DNA of 64,000 nucleotides from Negaprion brevirostris (lineage: Eukaryota): contig JARDVH010000073.1 in assembly GCA_030324005.1 (NCBI GenBank), positions 105,321,686 to 105,385,685 on the forward strand. Reading direction: 5' to 3'. Position 1 is the first letter of the stretch, and each line of letters begins with the position of its first letter. Below the pieces are notes generated by a model. It saw nothing but the letters and a program-made list of their open reading frames with translations, had not been told where the DNA came from and did not search any database. Shown in pieces: positions 12,901 through 24,900 of the stretch. The position numbers were made by a program, and so were the translations under genes.

Positions 12901-15900
12901 TTCTGAATCGGCACGGGGCCAGGCCAAAGAGGAGAGAGCTGTCATGGAATTAAGGATGACACAAATTGAGGAAGAAAGAGAAGGTAAATTACACAATTCT
13001 ATTGTTGAACCATTTATATATTTTACTATGAGCAGTTTAATAGATTTGAGTGAGTGTTGCAATTCGGTTGCATTTAAGGGTCTAGCATCTTCTATTAATT
13101 CCGATTGAGGTGTAGAATGTTTGTGGTTATTTGAACCAGACCTTGTATTTTGACAACTACAGGACAAAGCATTTAATACATCAGCTGTTCCTATGCAAAG
13201 TTTTCGGATCTCTTCAACCTCAGTATAGGATTTGCTAACTGTGTTTGGACATATTTCTGAAGGTTTCGTTGCATAACATCTAGCCTCCAACTACTCCACC
13301 CCAAAGCTCCTCCATTGGTTGTCCTCCAACACATCAACCCTCTCAGTATTCGCTATTTCCCAACAATTAGAGAAGGAATAGGCTCTTCTCTGCCTGATTG
13401 TATGCTTCCTGACACAGTTCAATGGCCTGTTTTTCCCCATCCCCACAACATTTTTATAACTCAAATGCAAATGTTCAAGGGAAAAAACACTTTATTTAAT
13501 GCTACTTTGACTTTTCTTTTATGTTGCTTGTAGCCATGTCTTGGCAATTTATCTTTAATTCTAGGAGATACCAGGACAGGGTTGGAAAGTTGGTAGCTCT
13601 ATTCTAGAGGTGCATTGCAGTACCTGCTATAATAAGATACAGCCGATAAAACAAACCTGAGAGGCGCATTGCAGTACCAGCTAATCAGATACTGCTTATA
13701 AGATGCCAAAAAGAAACACGTTAAACGTTAGTGAGAAAATTCTTCAATCAGACTTTAGAATGCAATAAGGGTGACCTTAAAGGATCTGAATAAGACCCAT
13801 TATTATTCTCGTTTGATGTGTGATTGAGCTCACTCATCGTTGCTTCCGTTTGATGCTGCACCGCCTGCCAATAGCCATCTATTTGTCTGTCCCCATAATA
13901 TGCCCTACATTTAGTAGAACCCATTTGCTTTTAATAATCCTTGACTGAGGGATATTTATACCTATAGAGTATTAATAAAGGAATAAAGCTTAATGGCTGA
14001 AAAAGTGGCATGATTAATGGCTCTGCCATTAAGAGACTGCATTTACACTGTAACTATTGCTTGGGTCCGATCCAACTTGAGAGCACAGAGGGATAAAACT
14101 CCCTGCATGGGAGAGGCTGGCTTTGCTTAGCTCTGGTGCCTGGACAGGCTCTGTTTTCTCTTTTAATTAAAGCTTTTAAATGTTGATGCAAGTTGTACTT
14201 TAAGTGCTGTTGAATTGGGTGGTGAGAACACTTGGGAGTATGCTACAAGTGGAACTACTCAAATTACTTCGATCCTTGGAATCATAGTCATTTGAACCTG
14301 AAGAATGCATTGGTCTGAACACACGTTTTTTTCCCACTATTTGCTGCTTTATAGATATTATTATGTCTTGCCCACCAATTCTGTGCCTATGAAGATTGCT
14401 GCCATTGTGACTGCAAATGCTCCATTAATGTGCAACATTGTGATATGAAGCCACTGCTGTCATGGATTAACTTACTGTAAAATATCGTTTTACTGAGAAT
14501 TAATTTCACCAATCTGTTTTAGATTTTGTCACTTAGGGATATATTTTATCATGAAACACAGCTATTATCAGTTACTTATCTTGTATAAAATGATATCAGC
14601 TCCAGCTATACATTGCTGGGTGCAGCAGCCTCCATTTATATATTGCAGGAACCATCTGTGCTAATTAAACCTTATTTATATAGTTTAGATGGACTCACTA
14701 CAGCTTAACTAGTGAAAAAATATATATTTTACAACTTCCGTTCCATTTGCAAGTTCCACAATCAGATTTCAGCGCAAGGCTCCAAACTTTAAACTGAAGG
14801 AACGTAATACAATACAAACGTTAATTGTTGACCATCTCATTTCAAACTGAGATACTTTTGCTATTTCTTCAAATGCCATTATTGCCCAGCAAACCATTCC
14901 CAACTTAATGACGTTGAATTAGAGTCATAGAGGTTGACAGCATGGAAACAGGCCCTTTGGCTCAACTTGTCCATGCTGCCATTCTGGTAAGTAAGGTTCT
15001 ATTGTGTTAAATACAAAATTCTGACAAAAATACACTTAAATGATGAATTTGCATGAATATTTAAATAAACTCTGATCATAGTTATTGATCATATTAGTAT
15101 TGACTGTGCTTTCTGGTGAGAGGTTTCCAATCATTTGCACTTTTGGAATAGTGATTTTTTTTTTACATTGAGCCATTGAGGATTTAGCACCTTTCATACT
15201 GCGAATGCCATTTTTGTCCATTGAAAATGCACAATTAGCATTGTCCATAAATCTGTATTGCTAAACGTTAGCAGTTGATGATGGTGCAATATTAAAGTAA
15301 AAGTTTATTTATTGGTCACGAGTAAGGCTTACTAGGGAAAAAATATATATATTTTACAACCTCGGTTCCATTTGCAAGTTCCACAGTCAGATTTCAGTGC
15401 AAGGCTGCCAAACTTTAAACTGCAATGAAGTTACTGTGAAATTCCCCTAGTTGCACAGTCCAGTGCTTGCTCGGGTCAATGCACATAACCAGCACGTCTT
15501 ACAGAATGTGGGAGAAAACTGGAGCACCCGGCGGAAACCCACGCAGATACGGGGAGAACGTGCAAACTCCACACAGACAGTGATCCAAGCCAGGAATTGC
15601 GCCCGTGTCCCTGGCGCTGTGAAGCAGCAGTGCTAACCACTGTGCCGCCCACAATTAATGGGATAGAGAATATATTTGAGTTTTCACAAGTTTTGGAAAC
15701 CAAATAAGAGATGTGCAATCAAAGGATTAGCTTAAATTTTCCCACAACTGTTTTAGACTGAAAAGTGGCATTATTGGATAGAAACTTGCCCATAACATTA
15801 ACTTGTCTGATGCTTCTTTGCATACTTTTTAAGTTGGATTTTTTTTTGCCTCCGTTTCAAATATATCCATGGCGATGTGATATAAAAACTCTTGACTTCT

Positions 15901-18900
15901 GTGGATGTGTTTCTGAAATAGATATGAAAAGATCTGTGTTTTAATTTGAGGAAAATTGCTGAGTAGTTCCCTTTCAGTTAAGCATGACTTTGTTATTTCT
16001 TTTTCTCTACTGTTTCCCTGATGAGCACTGAGCGATTCCACCCACTTCCCCCTCCACTGCTCATGCAATTGTGATTTGGCCAGCCATAAAGAGCTTAGTT
16101 TCCCATCAGTTTTGTGCATGCAGGTTCATGTCACCATGTCCTGTGCAGTGCACTGCAGATTATTTCTAGCCTTCAGAACTCTTACCTGGAAATCATCAGC
16201 AGTGCACTCGAGAAGCTGTTGTGCTGTGACGTAATTATTTTTTTTAAATTGAACGCTTGCTGCTCAGAAATGCTGAAGAGATGGTTTCCGACTGATCCTT
16301 TCTACTTTCATATGGAGGCCTTTGCCATTTCATGACAAATGAATGTTTGGCCTAAATTTGTATGAGATCATCTTGAGTTTTGTTGCTGTATTTAATTGTT
16401 CCCTTTGTTGCTTTGCATGCTGAAGACAAGTTTGTTTCAATTAAGTAGGATATGTTTACAGTGCTCATTCTAAAAATCGCAAAATAGATGGGACTGTTCC
16501 TTTTGCCAGAAAAAGTTTGCATTAATATTTGTAAGTGAATTAGATAACAGGTGTACTTGTGTCCATTTTATATCCCGCTCTCCCAATAACTATGGTATTC
16601 AGCTAATTACTACTCTTTGAAGTAGTCTTTCAGAACTAATCTTTCAGAAAGTCAAAAATCCCTTTGTTACTGACAATGATTACTCTTCAGGCTGATCTGT
16701 CTGTGTTCATATGCCAGTGACAATTATCCTGAGTGGTTTCCCCAAGGTAGAATTAATATTTCTTTGAATTGGAGATAGATAATTCTCACCAAATTTTGAA
16801 AGGTTGTGATATGATATTAATAACAGATGGGAATATTGAACCTAAAACTTCATTTATGTACTGTGAATGCTGGAACTCTGAAATAAAAAAGAAAATGCTG
16901 GAAAAAACTGCAGATTAGGCAACATCTGTGGAGGAAAGAGAAAATAGTTGACGTTTCAGGTTGATAACTTCTCATAAGAACTGGAAATGGTTATAGGTAT
17001 AACAGGTTTTAACATGTTCAGAGGCAGGAACAGATGTGGAAAAACAAAAGATAAGATCTTTGATAGGAAAGAAGGCAGGAGAGATTAGGTGGAAATTGAA
17101 GAATGAAGGGGCAGTCGCAAGGGGACAGTAGTAGACAAGTAAGGAAACAAAAGCAGAGAATGCTGGTAAAACGCAGCAAGTCTGGCAGCATCTGTAAGGA
17201 AGAAATGCTGTTCATATTTTGTGTCTATTTGGCTCTTTGTCAGAACTGAAGGGAGGGAGAATGTATTNNNNNNNNNNNNNNNNNNNNNNNNNNNNNNNNN
17301 NNNNNNNNNNNNNNNNNNNNNNNNNNNNNNNNNNNNNNNNNNNNNNNNNNNNNNNNNNNNNNNNNNNNNNNNNNNNNNNNNNNNNNNNNNNNNNNNNNNN
17401 NNNNNNNNNNNNNNNNNNNNNNNNNNNNNNNNNNNNNNNNNNNNNNNNNNNNNNNNNNNNNNNNNNNNNNNNNNNNNNNNNNNNNNNNNNNNNNNNNNNN
17501 NNNNNNNNNNNNNNNNNNNNNNNNNNNNNNNNNNNNNNNNNNNNNNNNNNNNNNNNNNNNNNNNNNNNNNNNNNNNNNNNNNNNNNNNNNNNNNNNNNNN
17601 NNNNNNNNNNNNNNNNNNNNNNNNNNNNNNNNNNNNNNNNNNNNNNNNNNNNNNNNNNNNNNNNNNNNNNNNNNNNNNNNNNNNNNNNNNNNNNNNNNNN
17701 NNNNNNNNNNNNNNNNNNNNNNNNNNNNNNNNNNNNNNNNNNNNTGATCTGGATAAAAGCAAATTACTGAGGATGCTGGAATTTGAAACCGAAAGAGAAA
17801 ACGCTGAAAAATTTCAGCAGGTCTGGCAGCATCCGTAAAGAGAGAAAGGAGTCCAGACCACCCTTTGTCAAAGCTCACGGTCTGGTGAAGGGGCAGAGAA
17901 GGGCGGGTTGTGCTGAGGCATTGCATGTAAGGAAAATTTTAAACAAGGTTGAACTAATAATAGCAGAATCAACTGCCTCTTGAAAGAAAATGGGAGCAAT
18001 GAAGTTGTTGAGTCCAGAAGACTGTAAAGTGCCTAATTGTAGATAAGATGCTGTTCCTCACGCTTATGCTGAGCTTCGCTGGAATGGTGTAGAAGGCTAA
18101 GGGCAGCGAGGGCAGAGTCTCAGTGGGGCAGAGAGTTAAAATGACAGGCCACCAGAAGCTTGGGGACCGGTTTTTGCAAAGTGACCACCCAATCCACTTT
18201 GGTATAACCAGTGATTGCACTGGGAGCAGCAATCAGAGTCCTCTAAATTAACATGAATTGCAAGTATATTGCTTGTTTCATCTGAAAATAATGTTTGGGG
18301 CCTGGATGTTATGAAGAGATGATGTGGAACGAGAGCTGTTGTATTTCCTGGATTTGAATGAAAGGTGTTGTTGGAAAGAGACAGCAGTTGGGGATGATGG
18401 TTGAGGTTCATGGAGTTCCTTCAGAATGTTGAAAGAAGTTGGAGCGAAAGCTGTGTTTGGTGATGGTGTCAAGCTAGAGGTGAGAGCAATGGTAGAGGAT
18501 GATCTGTTGAATGTGGTGGGTGGAAGATGAGTCCATTGTGGGAGAGAGGAGCATGTGTGAGATCAGAAGTGTGGGAAATGGAATGGACTTGGTCAAGGCC
18601 ACTGGTCATCATGGAGGAATTGAATTCTCTGTTGAATGGGAAGGAAAACATTTCAGAAGCATGAGTTTTGATGGTGCATCAGGACAGATGCAATAGAGCT
18701 GGAAAAACTGGGAAAATGAGGTAGAATCCTTTCAGGAAGCAGGATGTGAGGAAGTGTACTTGGTGTAGTCATCTGAGTCAGTCGTCTTCGTGATTTTATG
18801 CTTGATAAATGAAAAGCAACAAGTTTTTATTTAGTAATTGCATTGTATTTTCTACTTTAGGCAATAAGGTAGATGTGAACTGGCAGTTAAAGGCAAATTT

Positions 18901-21900
18901 GATTAGGAAGTTGCCTTTTTAGACTATGAAGTCTGAGAAATGATAAGATGTTCAACCAAAAACATTTCCCCTATATTATTTTGAGGGAATTTGTTTTTGT
19001 TTTACTTGAAAGTAGAAGATTTCCCAATGCCAGACATCAGTGGACAAATTGATGTGGTGTGTAACTTGCTGCCAGCTTCTTTCAGTACCATGGTGTGGCT
19101 CACTCAGCAATGCTTCACTTCTGCCTCCCACTTGATAAACTCCCTTGGTTTGAGATAATCATGAACAGTTCAGTGTGTTCCACATTATTCAACAGCGCAG
19201 TTATTGAGATTTTAAACTTAAGCTAAAGCTACTGAGGATGCAGCAAAATTACATGCAGATATACAAACTAAGGTATACTTATTCGGAATCAAATACAAAC
19301 CATACAACTAAAATAAGTACGAACATTGGATAGTGCTGCTATAGTTTTGAAACCTACAGCAGTGCATAAATCAGTTTTAGTACTACTTGTTCCTAGAATA
19401 CCCAGTGTGAGTTCAAAACAAAAATTAATTTTACAAAGTGTGAATTCAGCCTTGTTATTTGAAAACTTTAGGAATTAATGTATCAGCAGTCTATGCAGTA
19501 TGCTAACACAACTGAAACTGAAGCCATCATTTTACTTTGGGGAAGTCACAAGGTAATGATAAAGTCACTTCGATCTAATCAGTGTGTGGTGTGTGTATGG
19601 ATGTCTGTGTTCATGCTGTCTGTCTGAATGACTTGTCTTCCTGTGGCACAAAACTGATTGAGGATGACTGGTTCTTTCCTGGCTGCTCTGATCCAGCTTT
19701 GGTCTCAGGACAGCAGGAGCTGGAGGAGGAACTGGTGCAACTTCGAAGACTAGGACAGCGCCAAGAAAGGAAGAAACACACCACAGATGGCCAAAAGCTT
19801 GGGGTATGTAATGAGGCTGATTTCTATCTCTTATGTGAAGTTTTATCCACAACATTGCACTATGTGGTTGTATTTTACTTTTAAGCTTTGTAAATATTGA
19901 GTACGGTTGTCGTCATTTTGAAAAGGTAGATGTTAACTGACATCTGCTAAAGTGAAATGTCTGTAATTAATTTTTAGTGCTTTATTCTAAGTAAGAATCA
20001 GTTGTGTTGTCTGATACAATAGCAAGGAGTTTTCAATTCTGTTTCTAACATACCTTAAGAATAATTTTGGAAGTGCTCTGCAGAATCTACATTGTAAGGA
20101 TTTAATAATAGAGGTCACTGCCAGCGAGAATGGTGAAATTGATGCTCAGCCAAATCTCCGTTCACTGCAGAGGGNNNNNNNNNNNNNNNNNNNNNNNNNN
20201 NNNNNNNNNNNNNNNNNNNNNNNNNNNNNNNNNNNNNNNNNNNNNNNNNNNNNNNNNNNNNNNNNNNNNNNNNNNNNNNNNNNNNNNNNNNNNNNNNNNN
20301 NNNNNNNNNNNNNNNNNNNNNNNNNNNNNNNNNNNNNNNNNNNNNNNNNNNNNNNNNNNNNNNNNNNNNNNNNNNNNNNNNNNNNNNNNNNNNNNNNNNN
20401 NNNNNNNNNNNNNNNNNNNNNNNNNNNNNNNNNNNNNNNNNNNNNNNNNNNNNNNNNNNNNNNNNNNNNNNNNNNNNNNNNNNNNNNNNNNNNNNNNNNN
20501 NNNNNNNNNNNNNNNNNNNNNNNNNNNNNNNNNNNNNNNNNNNNNNNNNNNNNNNNNNNNNNNNNNNNNNNNNNNTGGTTGGAATGTGAGTCTTTACATG
20601 TAATCAGATCTTTACAGGTATAGACAATGCGAGTAGAGAGAGGGATAATCAAAGGTTAATGGCTCTGTCCATTCGCATTGTCTGTAATTATAAAGACTTG
20701 ATTACCTGTAAAGACTCGCATTCCAACCATTATCTTGCAATTGTGTCTCTGTCTATATCTGCCCTGTTTGTGAATCCAACTCTCCACTCACCTGATCAAG
20801 GAGCAGTGCTCCAAAAGCTTGTGTTAATAAATAAACCTGTTTGGTAAATAAATATGTATTACAGTTCTGAAGCTGGAGATCTGTTTTATTTTATGTTGAT
20901 TTATTTTTAACTGAGGAACTACAATTAGATGGTTGAAAATGTTTACAATCCAGTGTCTGACAACCGAATAAAGTGACATTGACAATTGTTTTGTAATTTG
21001 TATCTACAAACAAGTAAATGCAATGTTGTTCTATTTTCAGGGTGACTATGAATATGATGAGAAACAGCATTTTGAAGAATCAAGCATTAGTGTGGATAGC
21101 ACTGATAACACCGAAGGGGAGAATTTGGGAGGTTTGTGGCCAGAGTACAGTTCCCATCATACAGGTGTGATACCCACTGGACAGGTTATTGAAAGCATGC
21201 ACAACCTACCAATTTTGTGGTGCTTTTGAACTTCACAGCTTTTGTATACATAACTCGTTTTGTTTATTGGCACATTCTAACCTCAGTCAGCATTGTTTGG
21301 ATTTTTGTTTTCTTCCCCCTGTAAAATTATACCATTGAAATAAATTGACGTCCATAATATAAAAAGCATGAGCATGCTCGATGAAATGGCTAGCTTTCCT
21401 TCCAAGGTATCATCTGACCCAGTATTTAAATCTTCAGGGACCCCACTGGTTTCTTAACTGCAAAGTTACATGACAAGGGAGTTGAGAGTTAATCCAAAAA
21501 GCTGACTATTCCCGACTTCCTTTGTGATCTGGTGCAAAATTAGTTGTCTAAAATATATTGTGAAACTAATGGTATAGTTGGCTATGTTGCAAACCAGAGC
21601 AGCTAAAGTAAAGGTTAAGGATTGTAGCTAACAAGTTAAGTTGCAGCACAATTAACATTACAAATATGCTGCTCATGGTGCATCATCACTGTAGCTGTAA
21701 GTTATTAATCTGCAAATAGTTTAAAGCTTTTTTTAGAAGTTAATTTGTTAGTGTCACAAGTAGGCTTACATTAACACTGCAATGAAGTTACTGTGAAAAT
21801 CCCTTGTTTGTTTAATGTACTGCACATTCTAACCCAGGTGATATGCAAGCCTGCTCACGATATAGTAAAAGCAAAATACTGCGGATGCTGGAATCTGAAA

Positions 21901-24900
21901 CAAAAACTGAAAATGCTGGAAAATCCCAGCAGGCCTGACAGCATCTGTGGAGGGAGAATGGAATTTTGACTCTAGATGAAGGGTCATCCAGATGCAAAAC
22001 ATTGGCTCTATTTTCTCCCCACAGATGCTGTCAGACCTGCAGAGATTTTCCAGCATTTTCTGTTTTTTGCTCACAATATGACCCAAGTGTAATCGTGCAA
22101 GCCTGCGCACATTCTGACCCAGGTGTCATTACAAACCTGTAAATGTCAGGTGACAGTATCCCTCTTTGGCAAGGGTGTAAAATGGACTGGAGTGGACATC
22201 AATGATTGTTTAGATTGCAATTATTGACATAGAATTGGTAGGGTGTTTAACAAATTTTCAAGTATAATGGAATTCCCATTATTGTGGTTAGCTGTTTCCC
22301 TCTAGCATTGCTTGAAGACAAAAAAAAGATGTCTTTAATTTGCTGTTTTCTCTGTTTCACGCTTGTGTTTTTGACTTTGCTGTTTCCCTCTCACTCACAC
22401 ACACAGACACACACATATACATACATATATACACGCACGCACGCACAATGCCTGTAACCATTAAAGTTTAATATATTTTCTTTCCTGTTTTTGATATTTT
22501 TGGTGAAAATGGTGTACTAGGGAAGGAGGTGGCAAGGGATGGATTTCTCTGATCTTTTTCCTTTCCATTCCCTCCCTATCTACCATACTCACTAACACAA
22601 CTCCATTAAAATTCATGTTTGCTCACTTAATGCATGATTGGTCTAGTTATTCAACTGCCCTGGTCATCCAAAGCAATGTTGCTAGTTCATTCCCTTTCCT
22701 AAGTCATTCTGTTAGAACCTGAGGGTAAGCACAGTTGAAAGTCCTCTGTACTGTCCTCTATTTTCATGCTAAATGTGAGAAGGTCACACATTTGCTCAGT
22801 TACCTCTGTCTTTTTCTTTTCCTTCTTAAACAGGTTCAACCCTCATCCTTGCCTTGGTCTTTATCACTTTATATCTTCTTCATCGCACATATCAGCTAGT
22901 CAATATCTTTTTCCAAAGGTAGGGGAGCCTAAAACTAGAGGATAATGGTTTAAGGTGAGAGGGGAGAGATACAAAAGGGCCAAGAGGGGCAAATTTTTCA
23001 CACTTAGGGTGGTGAGTGTCTGGAACAAGCTGCCAGCGGTAGTAGTAAAGGTGGATATAGTTTTGTCTTTTAAAAGTTACATGGGTAAGACGGGTATAGA
23101 GGGATATGGGCCAAACGCGGGCAATTGGGACTAGCGGTTAAAAACAAAGGGGTGGCATGGATAAGTTGGGCTGAAAGGTCTGTTTCCATGTTGTCAACGT
23201 CTGTGACATCTAGAATTCTTTCCAAGCCCATCCCCTCATCAGGAAACTATTCCTGCTTGGCCTAATGCCAGCAGTGGCTCTACCTTCTGACTGCCCTCCC
23301 CCTTCCTTCATCATCAATAATGCCAAAATCATTCCTCTCCGCAAAAAAAAAACCTGAATCTTGTCCTTCCATCATTCATCGTCACTTCCTCCTACGGTCT
23401 GATATGGATTGTTGTTCCCCAACTCCGTATCCTTTTTTCCCTCATTACTCCTGCCACTACTCTTGATTCATTTTCCTTTATTTCTGAATTCTGCTTATTG
23501 CCTGCTCTGCTGTTGACTCTGTCTGATTTCCTCTCCAATGGCACTTTTTTCTCTTGATCTTTTTTGTTTCTGTCTAATCATTCACTCCCATCATCTCTCT
23601 CTGCTTTCCCTCTTTAAGAGGAGATGATGGTGTTTCTGAAATCCAGGATTTTGAGAGCTTTTTGCATGTAGTGTGCAGCATGAGACAGTTACATTGGAGT
23701 GTCATGTCAAAATTTGCACTTATATCTGGCTTGCATATTTCTGTGTTCATAGAATGTGTGAAGCAAAGTTGAGATTGTAGAATATCTAACTTAAAATCAT
23801 TTAGCTCATGAGCATAATATAGAATATTCAAAAACAAATAGACCGATTTTGCTCTCATTGGCAAACCAACAGCACCAGCTGTCCGTTACACTTGGGCTTG
23901 CTCACAGGTTTTCTTGAGAATTTTTTATGATGGTTTTTAAGATTTTGACCTGCGTGAGCAGGACAAACAACCTGTCAGAATAAAGACCATTAATGAGCAG
24001 CGCAGAGTTTGAAACACACAGTCTCAGAATATTTACTTCAATGTCAAATCAGGAACAGAGTGAAATAGAGAGAGAGATTGAAGACAAAAAGAAAATAAAA
24101 ACATTTTAAAATCTCCAACAATATTTAAAATCTGAAGGGATGAGATTCAGTGGCAGAGAAATTGTTTGGCAGTAATTAAAAGTGATCATGTTGCTAAAAA
24201 ATTTATCTGCACTGGAATGAAAAAGCCTTTTTTTGACGTGTTTAGTGGGTATCCATCATGTTAAGTTTTGCAATTTCATGCTCTTCCCTGTGCATTAATG
24301 CCGTGTCTGGGTGCGTTACTGGTATAGCATAGCTTCTGGAGCATCAGGGCAAATCGGACAGCAACTTCCTGATTTTCACATTTAATTGCACATGTACAAT
24401 TGTCAGAAGTTGTGGTCCAATTAATGCTTTAACAATGGTGAGTGCTGATAGCCTTGCCGTTAGTTCTGCAGCAAAATCTGGCCCAAAGTTTTTAATTAAA
24501 AATAGCTTGAGAAAGAGAATATATTCATATTTATTAGTCTTTTTAATAAATTCTATTCAGTTTAGTTTTTATTACCACACGTTTTGAAATAACAGAGTTA
24601 TAATTATACAGGATTGAGGGCAGTTGTTGAGGAACTAGAACTGGAGCGGAACAGACTACAGGAGCAAATCCTGGTGTTGGAGGAGCGTTGTCAGGACTTG
24701 GAAGACAAAGCACAGCTCCGTACCAGAGTAGAGTTCCACCAGGTAAGGATGTGAAGGGTGTGCACTTTCCAGTTTCATGAGTAGCTTCATGTCAGACAAT
24801 TATTGTAATGATACGGCCAAGTATGCAACATAAAAGTTGTTTGATAAATATAAACTAGAAAAAAAAAGCTTTTGAGCTCATTAGCAAATAATATTCTACA

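Noticed and set aside
16012-16045. CTGATGA-gc-actga-gc-GAT as a hammerhead core or C/D snoRNA box C
   Set aside because: It has GAT instead of GAAA and no stems I/III; there is no suitably placed terminal box D or terminal stem.
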